From Opitutales bacterium (GTDB lineage Bacteria; Verrucomicrobiota; Verrucomicrobiia; Opitutales; PNEW01): 64,000 nt of DNA. Below, in pieces: positions 19,893 through 31,459 of the stretch (its first letter is position 1; each line of letters opens with the position of its first letter). The stretch spans positions 1,088,001-1,152,000 of the forward strand of contig CBDANS010000006.1 of NCBI GenBank assembly GCA_965197745.1, in the 5' to 3' direction. The notes beneath the pieces were generated by a model. The model ran no database searches, was not told the DNA's origin, and worked only from the letters and a program-made list of their open reading frames with translations. The translations under genes were made by a program, and so were the position numbers.

Positions 19893-22118
19893 TCACTCTA
19901 TCGTAATCTCTTCGGTCGTCACCGCAATGTCATCACCATCTTCATTGGCGAAAGTGGCGTCGATACTCAGGGTCGGCTGAGGTGTTTCGTCGGACTTGAA
20001 GTTGTTCTGGGTGATCAGGGTCTCAAACCCGGTCGTGGTTGAACCACTCTCCGCGACCACGACCGCGGCGCCATTCGTTTGCAAGAGGTCGCCTCCGGTG
20101 ATCCGCATCCCGGGGTTGCCGGCCGGTACTGTGAAGGATCCTTCTCCGAACAGGAGGTGCGGCACCGCGTCACCATCGGCGTCGATGTCGCCTACTGTCA
20201 AGCGTACCGCGATCGGCACGCCCCGTGCATCGAAGCCCACCTTGCCCGTGCTTCCACTGAACACGGCATTCGATAATTGCACCCCTCCAAGGCCTGTGGA
20301 GTTAACAACTTCCACGAGGGCTACGTCGGCCTGGGCGTCATAGACCTGTCCTTCGGGGAACAGGGCTTTGTTAAAGGCGTTGATCCTTCCCACGGTGAAG
20401 ATGCTGAAGAAGGTATTGGCATCCGCTCCGTCGATGACTACGCTCGGCTTGCCCGTCACGTACTCAACGGCCTGGTTGTAGCGTGGAGGGATGGCTGGGG
20501 CTAGGAAGGTAGCCGGGTCCAGGGTTACGGTAAAGGTGCCATTACCTGAAAATTCTACCTGCACAATGTCTTCGTTTTCGTCCATGAAGGAAACGCGGGT
20601 GATCTGTCCCGGCTTGGCCTGGAGTTGGACAGACTCCCCGGTGAGTAAAATCTGGTCGAAGACATTACCGTTGGCATGCTGGATGTTTTCCCCGGCGATA
20701 TCTCCCGAGCCGTCAAGGACGAGGGGAACCGAAGGTGCTGCTACCGTGACGACAGCGGTTTCGCTGTCAGCTGTACCTCCCGCGTTTGTAATCTGCACCC
20801 AGTAGCTCGTGCTCGCAGTTAGAGCACTCGTTGTTAAAGTACTGCCGGTAGCCCCGGCGACGGGGTTGGCGGTATCACCGCTGTTGCCAGTGTACCACTG
20901 GTAAGTAAGATCGTCACCACTGGCGGCAACGGACAAACTAGCCGATGCGCCGGACGCGACTTCCTGGCTTGCCGGCTGGGTAGAAATAGAAGGAGCGGTA
21001 GCGGGGGGCGGACCCTCGGAGCCGGTGCCCGGGGCGCCGATCGGGGTAAACCCAAAATCGTCGACTGTGGTACGACTGAAAGCAGGATTGAGATTGGGAT
21101 CATCCATCATCACCAGCCTGCTGATGCCACCCGGGGCTCCTAATTCATCCGCATTAATAGTTATAAAATTGGGTTTGAACTCAGGTCTAACATTTCCTTC
21201 TAAATCTCTAAAGGTTGCCAGTAAGTTATCGTTCGTATCATAGACTTCAATTGAGCCGTCGGGATCGGTGGTTCCAGCAGACACTGTGGTAGCTCCGAAA
21301 AAATCTATTTCATAGGCTGGAGTTTCAAAGGTGATGCTTGCCTCCCCTCCATTAAATAATCCATAAGCATTAAAAAACGAGCGTACATAAACGAGATTAC
21401 CTGCAACCCTGTTTATAATCATTCCTCCCTCAAAGGTAACAGTATTGGGCGAAGTACCCAGGACCAAGGGTTCTGATCCTCCTTCACCAGTACTAAATTC
21501 TTCAAAAGTGCTGAAAAAAGTGTTGTTTGACGGTAATTCGGTCAGGGTAAATCCCAGGTCATCGAGGACGAGTTTTCCCGTAACATTAAGAAACTTTACT
21601 TCGAGGATACCGCTGAGGAAATCAAAATCATCTGTATCTTGAAAAAACCCGCTGTCTCCGACAAAACTGTATAAAGGGGGATTGGCTCCAGGGCTGATAT
21701 TTGCTGGCAATCCTTCGATAAGACCTCCATCGCCAATGACGAAATTACTTTTAGTGTCAACTGAGAGGTCTGGTATGACTTCTCCTCTTACCTCCATTCT
21801 ACCTGCGCCCGTGTTCTCGCCCGCATAAAATTCCAGAAATTGTATACCTCTTGAGGAGATGATCTTTCCCTCCTGACCAGGTCCGAGGGTTAAAGCCTTA
21901 GTTCCCGAGTGTAAGAGCGCAGGATCCTCTAATGTTTCCACCGTGAAACCGACCAGGGTAACAACGTTTGGCTCCTGACCAATGAAGATAGTCCCTTCCC
22001 CGTTGATGTCCTCGAAATCAGTGAACACCTCCAGATCTTGTGGAAGGGCATAGAGACGTGCCGGTAAATAGAGAAAGAGAACCAGAAGCGGAATTGTTTT
22101 TATGAGCGGTTTTTTCAT
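19893..22118 (-). CDS. Secreted surface protein with the conserved C-terminal domain (copy 3)
   Basis: Same architecture; the passenger is most similar to copy 1. Confidence 0.85.
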   Translation of the reverse strand: MKKPLIKTIPLLVLFLYLPARLYALPQDLEVFTDFEDINGEGTIFIGQEPNVVTLVGFTVETLEDPALLHSGTKALTLGPGQEGKIISSRGIQFLEFYAGENTGAGRMEVRGEVIPDLSVDTKSNFVIGDGGLIEGLPANISPGANPPLYSFVGDSGFFQDTDDFDFLSGILEVKFLNVTGKLVLDDLGFTLTELPSNNTFFSTFEEFSTGEGGSEPLVLGTSPNTVTFEGGMIINRVAGNLVYVRSFFNAYGLFNGGEASITFETPAYEIDFFGATTVSAGTTDPDGSIEVYDTNDNLLATFRDLEGNVRPEFKPNFITINADELGAPGGISRLVMMDDPNLNPAFSRTTVDDFGFTPIGAPGTGSEGPPPATAPSISTQPASQEVASGASASLSVAASGDDLTYQWYTGNSGDTANPVAGATGSTLTTSALTASTSYWVQITNAGGTADSETAVVTVAAPSVPLVLDGSGDIAGENIQHANGNVFDQILLTGESVQLQAKPGQITRVSFMDENEDIVQVEFSGNGTFTVTLDPATFLAPAIPPRYNQAVEYVTGKPSVVIDGADANTFFSIFTVGRINAFNKALFPEGQVYDAQADVALVEVVNSTGLGGVQLSNAVFSGSTGKVGFDARGVPIAVRLTVGDIDADGDAVPHLLFGEGSFTVPAGNPGMRITGGDLLQTNGAAVVVAESGSTTTGFETLITQNNFKSDETPQPTLSIDATFANEDGDDIAVTTEEITIE

Positions 22119-22294
22119 GCTGTTATAACGGTTAAAGTGATGTCAGGGATGCGTAAAAGAATTTGTGCTATTGGCCATAATGCTAAGGGTGCCAGGTTTC
22201 GAATTTCAACAAAAATTTAAAAATGTCAGTACCGAGTCGCGTAATAGAGGGACGACATCTCCCATTGCAGAGCCAGACCCCTTTTGACCCACTT

Positions 22295-23323
22295 TCACGC
22301 CGGATCAATCCGACCTGCATCCGCGGCTTCGTCGCATCTTACGACGAACGATTTCTTCTCTTCGGAGGATCTCACAATAGCTTCAGCGACGGCGGCGTAC
22401 CTGCGGCTTTGCTCGGGTTTGACAATGAGGGGCTCTTCTCCCCGGATGGCGGCGAATACGTTCTGATAAAACGGCCGGCTCTGTATAGGGAAGGAGGGAG
22501 ACTCCGGAACCTTCTCTTTTTGTGCCTTTTCTCCGTCCCCTCTCAGGTGCCACCAGAAAGTCTCCGAATCAGCCGCTGTCACGAGGAGGTCGCCCTTTTC
22601 AAAGGATATGTGAAACCGTTCGGCGCCTTTCAATCGCGTCGCCTTGCTCAACTCTATAAGCGCTGTCGATCCATCCGAAAAGGTAAGGAAGGCATTGAAA
22701 AAGTCGTCCTCGGCCAAGATCGATTTCACCACGCCGGACACGAGGATAGGACCCTGAGGAGCTAGAGTCAGTATTTGGTCCAGCAGATGGGGCCCAAACG
22801 ACATGAACGGGCCTTTTCCGGTGAATTTGCTGCTCCCCGCCCATGTCTTCCTCCAAGGACCGCTGAGGGCTCTGGACTGGAAGAAAACGGGGTTCCCGAA
22901 CCTCCCTCCGTCAATAAATTCCCGAATCATAAGATAATAGGGATCCCATCGGCGGTTCTGATGGGTTGTTACGATCAGCTCGTTCTTTCTCGCTGTTCGC
23001 AGTATATTCTCTGCTTCCGCGAGCCCGAACGCCATCGGTTTTTCACTGATGGCGTGCTTCCCGGCTTCCAAGGCGCGGAGAGTTATCGGTCCGTGCAGGA
23101 AATTGGGCAACGCAACCAGCACCAAATGAATATCCGGATCCTCGAGAAAAGCGTCGATGTCCGTATATCCCTTGCATCCGTAGACGTCTTTCGCATGCGA
23201 CAAACGCTCTTCTCGCTCGTCACAAACGGCGACAAAATTGCATTCTTCCATCCCCACCAGACACGGGCCATGCAGAATTTCCGAGATCGCGCCCCAGCCA
23301 ATTATTCCTACGCCAATTCCCAT
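22295..23323 (-). CDS. Gfo/Idh/MocA oxidoreductase
   Basis: IIGWGAIS, ALPNFLH, ISEKP and HQNRRWD motifs. Confidence 0.9.
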   Translation of the reverse strand: MGIGVGIIGWGAISEILHGPCLVGMEECNFVAVCDEREERLSHAKDVYGCKGYTDIDAFLEDPDIHLVLVALPNFLHGPITLRALEAGKHAISEKPMAFGLAEAENILRTARKNELIVTTHQNRRWDPYYLMIREFIDGGRFGNPVFFQSRALSGPWRKTWAGSSKFTGKGPFMSFGPHLLDQILTLAPQGPILVSGVVKSILAEDDFFNAFLTFSDGSTALIELSKATRLKGAERFHISFEKGDLLVTAADSETFWWHLRGDGEKAQKEKVPESPSFPIQSRPFYQNVFAAIRGEEPLIVKPEQSRRYAAVAEAIVRSSEEKKSFVVRCDEAADAGRIDPA

Positions 23324-23536
23324 TGTTTTTCCTCGAGATTCAGGTTCTACCTATGCATTGCAATATCATATAGGCAATTGCTCTTAGACAAGCCAAAGAA
23401 TATCGTTAGTCCGACAATTCGACATTCATAGCGGAAAGCAGGAGCTTTTCGATGGCTTTTTGACAGACGCTGATTTATAAAGAGATAAATATTACGGAAG
23501 AACTATGCTACAATCGTAACCCTCTCTCACGCCAAT

Positions 23537-24352
23537 ATGTTGTCAGAATTTGAAGTTGGACAGTTCCACGCCTTTGGCTTTGTGGTGATAAAAAATTGCT
23601 TGAGTGTGGATGAGTTTGAACAGGTAGAAAAGGCTTATACGCGTTTAATCACATCTGCTCCGCGATACACCCGCTTTTCTGAAATCGGCACACATAAAAC
23701 AGAGACTTTCGTTTTTGAGGACGAGATCCTGGCTAATTTGATCGAACACCCTAAAGTGATGGATGCGATGTGCGAGATCTGGGGGACGGAATGTCTCTAT
23801 ATTGGGGGGTCAAGCATGTTGGAGAACAGAGATTTTACGCCTTGGCATTGTGATGGCAAACCCGCTCAAGATACCGTAACGCTTAAAATGGCACTCTACC
23901 TGGATGAACAGGATAAAGATAGGGGATCTTTAAATGTTATTCCCGGCAGCCATCACCCGGAATTTTCAGCTTCCCTTTTCCAGACCTGTGGTTACTGGCA
24001 AAATGGAAACCGCCCGCGCCTGCGACTCGATCCTGATAAAATTCCCGGGGCAATTTCCGTGCATACAAAACCACGAGACATTATTTTGTGGAACAACCAC
24101 CTCTGGCACTCTGCCTTTAAACGAAAAGACGGTCTCCCGCGAAGGACGCTCTTTAACACATACATGCCGGATCCCGTAAATGACCTGCTCAAGACATTGG
24201 AATTGAGAAATACGGTAAAACAACATAGGCAACATTTAAGCGAGGCTGAGCCTTACTTGTACAGTGAACAGATGATACGAAATGCCAGTCCCGCGCGAAA
24301 TAAAATGATAGCGCGACTTGAGGAACTGGGCGTAGAAAATGTCCGCAAATAA
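23537..24352 (+). CDS. PhyH-family dioxygenase
   Basis: WHCD, GSLNVIPGSH, LWHSA..RR. Confidence 0.88.
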   Translation: MLSEFEVGQFHAFGFVVIKNCLSVDEFEQVEKAYTRLITSAPRYTRFSEIGTHKTETFVFEDEILANLIEHPKVMDAMCEIWGTECLYIGGSSMLENRDFTPWHCDGKPAQDTVTLKMALYLDEQDKDRGSLNVIPGSHHPEFSASLFQTCGYWQNGNRPRLRLDPDKIPGAISVHTKPRDIILWNNHLWHSAFKRKDGLPRRTLFNTYMPDPVNDLLKTLELRNTVKQHRQHLSEAEPYLYSEQMIRNASPARNKMIARLEELGVENVRK

Positions 24353-24581
24353 TTTTAAAAAAATAAGCGTTATTTGCTGACCTCAATGCCAACACCCTTA
24401 TCTTGTGATTTCTACATATTTTAATTATTGGCGAGAGCTATAGGGGAATTCTATATGCCGTTTGAAAATTAAAGAAAAGGGCAGGTAAAAGGTGTAAATT
24501 AACTTAACCTAAAACCTAACACCCATGGCACGCCATAGTCGCGCACCCGCGGGACGACGGCGGCTAAAACTGATCGATAGA

Positions 24582-27557
24582 TCATTCAATCGTCACCTCT
24601 TTCACAATGACAGAGATACTCTGGCCATCTTCATTTGAGAATGTGGCATTGATACTCTGGGTTGGTTGGGGTGTAATATCGGACTTGAAGTTGTTTTGCG
24701 CTATGAGATTATTAAACCCGGGCGTCGTCGAACCGCTCTCCGCGACAACAATCGAGGCTCCGTTTGACTGCGTCAAGTCTCCACCGGTGATTCGCAATCC
24801 GGGGTTTCCAGCCGGGACCGTGAACGAACCTTCTCCGAACAGCAAATGGGGTATTGCATCGCCACTGGCATCGATGTCTCCTACGGTTAAACGTACAGCT
24901 ATGGGAACTCCTCGTGCATAGACGCCGACCTTACCTGTGCTTCCACTGAACACGGTATTTGATAGCTGTATCCCTCCAAACCCTGTGGAGTTGATCACTT
25001 CCACCAATGTGACATCGGCTTCGGCATCATAGACCTGCCCCTCGGGGAAGAGTGCCTGGTTCACAGCGTTAATCCTTCCTACCGTGAAGATACACTGAAG
25101 AAGGTGCTCGAATCAGCTTCATTGATGACGACGCTGGGTTTGCCGGAGACGTATTCAACCAGTTGGTTATAGCGTAGAGGCAGTGCAGCGGGTAGATACG
25201 TTGACGCATCCAGGGTTACGGTAAAGTTTCCGCTTCCCGAAAATTCTACCTGAACAATGTCCTCATTTTCATCCATGAAAGATACCCGTGTGATCTGTCC
25301 CGGCTTGGCCCGAAGCTGGATGAACTCTCCGGTTAGCAGGACCTGGTCAAAGGTGTTGCCGTTGGAATGCTGGATGTCCTGTCCGACGATAACCCCAGAT
25401 CCATCGAGGATAATATTCACGTCAGCAGCAGACTCAAATAAGGCAATATTGTGCCGGCCCCCGGCAGCGATATCGAAGACCCCGGAAAGGGCCTCAGGTA
25501 TCGTTGCCTGGCTGAAAGTATTGTCTCCCCAAGCAATGACATTTCCTTCAGAATCCAGAGCCAGGTTGTGATTAAAACCCGCAGCAATGGAAGTGACGCT
25601 GGAGGCATTAAACTGCACAGTAAAACCTTGCTTTGAGGCACTATTAATATTTTCGGGTAAATCAAGCTGGCCATTGTTATTTCGCCCCCAGGTAACTATG
25701 GTGCTGTCAGCTGTCAATGTCACGCTGTGTGAATTACCTGCAGCGACAACCTTTACATCAGATAATCCTTCCGGCACTGTCGCCTGACCGTAGACATTAT
25801 TTCCCCAAGCCACGACGGTGCCGTCCTTCTTCAAGGCGAGCGCATGCTCCCCACCCGCGGCTACGGCGATAACTCCAGTGAGACCATCAGGAATGGCTTG
25901 CTGGTCAAGGCTGCTATCCCCAAAGACTTCGATCTGTGCCGTTCGACCGTAAAGCTATACTGTGGATGGATCCGGCATCAACCTGGATTACTTCCGTGAG
26001 TCCCTCGGGTATGGTGGACTGACCCTCATCATCAGCGCCCCATGCTCCAATGCCGACAGCCGCTTGCTCACGATAGCCACCATCTATATTGGATAAACTG
26101 AAAGTTTCCCCGTTGATCATTATCTCTAAAAAGTAGAAGTAAGGGAATCCTGATTGAACTGAGGTATCATCGTAAACCGTTACGCTCAGATTGGACTGTA
26201 ATAAAACAGCCCCTTCAGTGTCAGGTTCAGTATTGCGAAAAAGATTATAAGTAGCCCCTTCAATGCTTTGCCAGGTAATCTGAATTTTATCAGTGAAAGT
26301 TCCTTTACTGGCTCGTAAAAATAGTTCTTCCGTTTTTTGCGATTCAGAGAAAACGACTGTATCAAAATTATTAACGAGATTGTTAATTACTACTTTAGCT
26401 TCTGAATTCTCACTTAAGTCTAAAGAATTTTCGTTGAGATAAAGGTAAGAGAGACTGCTCAATTCGGCCAGGGGATTGATATCGCTGATCTGGTTATCTA
26501 TTAGATATAAATCATTTAACTGGGTTATCTCAGCCATCGGGCTGATATCGCTGATCTGGTTACCGTCGAGAGATAGAATCGTCAGCTGCGTTAATCCGGC
26601 TAAGGGGTTAAGATTACCGATATTGTTATTGTCAAGATTCAGAAAAATCAGTTGGGATAAACCAGCCAGTGGATTGAGGTTATCGATGAGGTTCTGGTCA
26701 AGGAAGAGATCAGTGAGCTGGCTCATTTCACTCAATGGACTTAGATCGTTGATCTGGTTCGCTCCCAGATCAATGTATGTGAGCCGAGTTAAACCAGCCA
26801 AGGGACTGATATCGCTGATCTGATTATCGTAGAGGAACAATTCAGACAGTTGACTAAGTTCCGCCAAGGCACTGATGCTGCCAATCTGGTTGCTTTCCAG
26901 TACAAGGATATTCAATTCAGTCAAGCCAGCCAGGGCGCTGATATCACTTATCTGGTTATTGTCTAGACTAAGGGATAGAAGCTGGGTCAACCCAGACAGA
27001 GCGCTGATATCGCTTATCTGGTTGCCGAGAAGGAACAGTCCAGTCAGTTGACTCAGTCCAGCCAGGGCGCTGATGCTATCAACTTGGTTGCTGTTTAGAA
27101 CAAGGATTTGAAGTTCAGTCATGCCAGCCAGGGCGCTGATATCGATGATAAAATTATTGTCCAGGCGAAGGTCAATCAGTTGGGTTAAACCGATCAGTGG
27201 GCTGAGGTCACCGATTATATTATCAGGAAGATAAAGGTAAGACAGTTGATCCAGTCCAGCCAGGGCGCCGATATCGAAAATCAGGTTGTTATCCAGATCA
27301 AGTCTGGACAGGTTAACGGCATACTCTAACCCTGTTAAACTTATAATCCCTCTATCAATTCCATTAAGAGTATCTAATGAAGCCATATCCGTGTCGGTAA
27401 TGGCTCCTTCCGGTTTCTCCAGCGCTTCGCGAATAACTTTTTCCAGGGTTGAATCAGGAAAGATGATATCCACGGCATGCAATTCCGCGCACGCTAATGC
27501 TGAAAAAATCAATAATACGTTAATAGATTTAATCAGCAGCTTATAAAATTTTTTCAT
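24582..27557 (-). pseudogene. Secreted LRR (internalin-like) + RCC1/BLIP-II repeat protein with the conserved C-terminal domain (copy 4), two frameshifts
   Basis: Signal peptide, 22-aa LxxLxLxxNQISDISAL repeats and AAGxxHxxAL..DG.V.AWG repeats. +1 base at ~25935 and +2 bases (GT) at ~25093; the three ORFs join into one ~990-aa protein. Confidence 0.85.
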
Positions 27558-27809
27558 GTATAGGGTTATCAATGTGGCTAGACCTTTTCGCCCTGATAGA
27601 ATTATCTGAAAGTAGTAGAATTGTCTATCAATTTGGAGAAGATAGTATAGTTCATATTAATCCTATCAGGATCCTGAACATACATCCTTATGGTTTCTAA
27701 TGAAGCGATGGAGGTGAAATAAAGGGAATTATAAATACCTGTCCGCTAGATTATCATTTCTTCTTTTAATTTATTGCGGAAAATCGAGCGCTTCTCTAGT
27801 GTGCAGTTG

Positions 27810-28646
27810 ATGAATGAATTAAATAAAATCAGACCTATTTTTCGAATTGATGCGCCTACAGCCGATGATCTCACCACCTTTCACCGGGATGGATATGTCA
27901 CTTTCCCCGGGGTCTTCAGCGTTGATGGTCTTAAAGGTTTAACCGATGAGATCCTCAGTCTTGAACAGTCCGTCGAATTTTTTGATAAAAATAAAGAGAC
28001 ACTCATTGATCCGCATTTGCGGGTATGCCCCTGGAACAATAAAGGACCCTGGGGGAATCAATTGTTTGATTCGCCGTTGGTGACGGCATTATTGCAATCG
28101 ATAATTGGTAATACCTATCACTTTTGTCATTCAACGATGCATATAAAAATGCGCGGTTGTGAAGGGGCCAGTCCTCATCGGGATCATCTCCATTGGTTCA
28201 ATGATAACCCGGTTAATCTTGCTGAAAGGGATAAGTGGTATGTACAGATGCTCTACTACGTAAATGGTTTTGAAAAAGGAGATGCCAGTCTTTCAGTGGT
28301 TCCGGGAAGTCATCTTTGTATACCAACCGAACGGTTAGCCGATGAGGAAGAATTGCTGAAAGGAAAGTTTGACGAGCAGGCAGGTCGTGAATTGAAATTG
28401 AAAGACCTTGAGCTACCGCCTGGCAGCATGGTTTGCCTGAGTGGCAGAACGATTCACGCGGCTGCCCCAAAACCGGTAGACTCTCCACAGGAATACCGCC
28501 TCAATGTTCACTACCTCTTTAAAGAGGCTGGAGCCCCGCATAAACTCACCCAGCCTATCCCTTCTGATTGGTTACTCAATGCGAGTCCTGAGCGTAACAA
28601 GCTTTTTCAACGCGAGCCTTATACCGAAGGGTGCTGGATGTCGTGA
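27810..28646 (+). CDS. PhyH-family dioxygenase
   Basis: FHRDGYV, PHRD, VVPGSH, TIHAA. Confidence 0.85.
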   Translation: MNELNKIRPIFRIDAPTADDLTTFHRDGYVTFPGVFSVDGLKGLTDEILSLEQSVEFFDKNKETLIDPHLRVCPWNNKGPWGNQLFDSPLVTALLQSIIGNTYHFCHSTMHIKMRGCEGASPHRDHLHWFNDNPVNLAERDKWYVQMLYYVNGFEKGDASLSVVPGSHLCIPTERLADEEELLKGKFDEQAGRELKLKDLELPPGSMVCLSGRTIHAAAPKPVDSPQEYRLNVHYLFKEAGAPHKLTQPIPSDWLLNASPERNKLFQREPYTEGCWMS

Positions 28647-28677
28647 GACCCAATGATTCCTGATGCACCCTTTTGAC

Positions 28678-30240
28678 TTATACGCTTTCGTTCAACTGTG
28701 CTGAACTTCGACGCGTGGATAATACGTCCCAAAAAGTAAGACCCTTGGTATTCGGCTGGGGACCACCTGTAAGTTTACTCATCAACAGCCCAACGACAAC
28801 TAAAACAAAATGACTGAAGGGTCCAACCAGGTACGGACTCAGGGTGTAATTGAAACGCCCCAGATCAAGCAGGGGTGTTTCCATCCCGGGAAGATTAACC
28901 CGCGTAAATGTTGCCCACGCCGTAAAGAAAATACAAACCACAATTCCAATATAAGCCCCCCGTGCCGTCGTCCATCGAAACAGAAATCCCAAGGCAAACA
29001 GACCAAGGATTCCCCCTGTTACGATTACAGCTACGGTAACGGATAATTCTACGACCGATCTTATCCCGATCCATTGCTGTGCAATGTAAATGGAGATTGC
29101 TCCAAAAACAGCGACTGCAATCTTTCCCAAAAGTAATCGAAGTTTATCAGCAGCCTTCGGCCGTAGTCGCACATAGAAATCATTGACCACCACCGTTGCC
29201 AGAGCGTTCAATTCCGAGTCTATTGACGACATCGCAGCTGCCATCAACGCCGCTAATATAAGTCCAATCAGACCTGCGGGCAACTGGGTTTTAATAAAGT
29301 AGGGAACGATAAAGTCTTTTTCTCGAAGGACCTCAACCGGTAATTGCTCCGTCGATAATTCATAGAATGCCCACATTAATGCTCCTATTATCATAAAGAG
29401 AATCCAGATCGGAAGACACGCAGCGGCTCCCATATAAGCCCCTTGCGCCGCTTCTTTGTCAGTCCGAGCCAGGAGATAACGTTGTACATTGTTCTGGTCA
29501 CAAGCTAAATATTGTAGCGCGACCAATGTCCCGCCGATGATGTAAAACCACTGATTATTTTCAAACCAGCTGAAATCCCAGTTGCCCAATGCAAACTTTC
29601 CCCCGTCCCAGGCTTTGGTCATAATTACTGTGGGTCCATCAGGGGAAGAGAAAAGTAAAACACATATGCAAACCAGGCCGCCGAGGATAAGTAATGTGCC
29701 TTGTATGACGTCCGTCCAAACGACAGCTTCTATTCCTCCAACCATAGTGTAAATTACTGTCGCCAGACCCAAGACCAGGATGACCCACCACACATCCCAT
29801 CCACTCATGTAGCCAACGGCGACTGCCAGAAAATAGAAGGTAACACTTAAGTGTAAAACGCGACCGACAATAAATGCTCCTGCACCATAGGCTCGCGCGG
29901 GGTAGCCAAAACGCATTTCCAAATACCGGTAAGCAGTCATTCGGACCGTCCTGCGGTAAAAGGTCACCAGGTAACAGGAAATGAAAATCATTACGAACGG
30001 CCAAACCATGTGCATAGGCAATGCCCACATATTATTCTTAAATACTTCACCGGGATGTCCGATGAAGGTCGCACTGCCGACAGCCGTTCCCATGATTGAA
30101 AAGCCGACCACCCATCCAGGTAAGTTGCGACCCGCAAAAAAGTAATCTTCTGTTGTCTTCTGCCGGCGGGAAAAATATATCCCCAGAGTCCCTAAGAAAC
30201 CTAAATATATTACGATGACGGTTATTTCTATAATCCCCAA
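28678..30240 (-). CDS. Sodium:solute symporter (SSS family)
   Basis: DYFFAGR, GGIEAVVWTDVIQ, DQNNVQRYL and AAAMSSIDS motifs; many hydrophobic segments. Confidence 0.92.
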   Translation of the reverse strand: MGIIEITVIVIYLGFLGTLGIYFSRRQKTTEDYFFAGRNLPGWVVGFSIMGTAVGSATFIGHPGEVFKNNMWALPMHMVWPFVMIFISCYLVTFYRRTVRMTAYRYLEMRFGYPARAYGAGAFIVGRVLHLSVTFYFLAVAVGYMSGWDVWWVILVLGLATVIYTMVGGIEAVVWTDVIQGTLLILGGLVCICVLLFSSPDGPTVIMTKAWDGGKFALGNWDFSWFENNQWFYIIGGTLVALQYLACDQNNVQRYLLARTDKEAAQGAYMGAAACLPIWILFMIIGALMWAFYELSTEQLPVEVLREKDFIVPYFIKTQLPAGLIGLILAALMAAAMSSIDSELNALATVVVNDFYVRLRPKAADKLRLLLGKIAVAVFGAISIYIAQQWIGIRSVVELSVTVAVIVTGGILGLFALGFLFRWTTARGAYIGIVVCIFFTAWATFTRVNLPGMETPLLDLGRFNYTLSPYLVGPFSHFVLVVVGLLMSKLTGGPQPNTKGLTFWDVLSTRRSSAQLNESV

Positions 30241-30384
30241 GGGCTGACCTTTCCTTCATTATGGCATGATCAAATCAGTGAAGTTAGCCTCTTACCACGA
30301 GATATCGTCACTCCCCACAAATCCACCACGCCATTACTTCATGTAGTATGCAGAGGTAAGCGTAATATGACACGGAGCCGTGAG

Positions 30385-31173
30385 TTAAAATTTCGCCCCA
30401 AGCTCGACGAGATTTTCCACCATACCACGAATACGCGGCCGATCACTGTTGAGAAATGCCTGGTGGGGTTGGAAGGCAATGCGGGTGTAATTATTAAGCA
30501 CGTCGAGGTGACGGTCGGTAGTTGGTTTAGCGGCAAACTTTAAAGCGATGATGCGGCGGCCTTCCCAACCACCGTAGATACTATGAAAGAGGCAGTGATT
30601 AAAAAAAACGACGTCACCGGATTCTGATTCCAAGGGGAAACCAGGAAGGTCTTCTCCAGATAAACCAAATGGCCTCACGTCAGGATCGATGTCTCTACCC
30701 ATGGTCTGAGCGCCAAGTTCTTTATGGAGAGGCATACGGTGGGATCCGGGGATAATCCGCAGGCATCCGGTATTTTTCGTAACCGGGTCTAGATAAAGCA
30801 TAATTTTTATGCGGCAATAACTGATATCTTTTTCTTCTTCTTTTCGCCAGCATTTACGGTCCGAATGCCAATTGTGGTATGCTCGATTCGTCACATTCCC
30901 TTCCGATCCAACCCAGATAAAATCGGGTCCCAGCAATTGTTCAACGGATTGAATTATTCGGTCATCATCCACCAATTCGGTCAATACAGGACTGATCTCC
31001 ATGAAATAATCCATGCTTATTCCGTCCTCACCGACAACTTCACGGTGCCGATGGTCCGCCCACAATTTTTCAGCTTCGAGCGTAATCTTTTCCATCTCCT
31101 GTGATGAGAAAGCCTGCCGTAAAAAGAGAAAACCAAAGGTCTCGAAGTGTGCTATTTGTCCTGGAGTCAACAT
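30385..31173 (-). CDS. PhyH-family dioxygenase (close paralogue B)
   Basis: Highly similar to 14745..15539; WHSD. Confidence 0.9.
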   Translation of the reverse strand: MLTPGQIAHFETFGFLFLRQAFSSQEMEKITLEAEKLWADHRHREVVGEDGISMDYFMEISPVLTELVDDDRIIQSVEQLLGPDFIWVGSEGNVTNRAYHNWHSDRKCWRKEEEKDISYCRIKIMLYLDPVTKNTGCLRIIPGSHRMPLHKELGAQTMGRDIDPDVRPFGLSGEDLPGFPLESESGDVVFFNHCLFHSIYGGWEGRRIIALKFAAKPTTDRHLDVLNNYTRIAFQPHQAFLNSDRPRIRGMVENLVELGAKF

Positions 31174-31459
31174 CGTATCTTTAAGCAGCTTTTAAGCTTA
31201 GTAGAAAATAATAAACTACTCAACAGTTATCTCATCACGGGGAAACTGACTCCCTCACCATCTGGCGTCAGCGAATGTCATATCAATGCTTTGGGTCGGT
31301 TGTCCCGTTCGGCTTGAGCTTGTTCCGGAAAATCAGAGTCAGAAGACACCCTTCATTTTACAGTCTCGCAAGTGTGCGCATACAGAATAGAAAGGAATGC
31401 AAAAGTTTTACTTGCAGATTTTCGAGTTGCAGTAACGGTGTCGAAAATAATATCAGAAC

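Noticed and set aside
4912..22118. Diversity-generating retroelement acting on the surface genes
   Set aside because: No reverse transcriptase in the window. Differences between copies are not visibly adenine-specific, and the C-termini are the conserved part.
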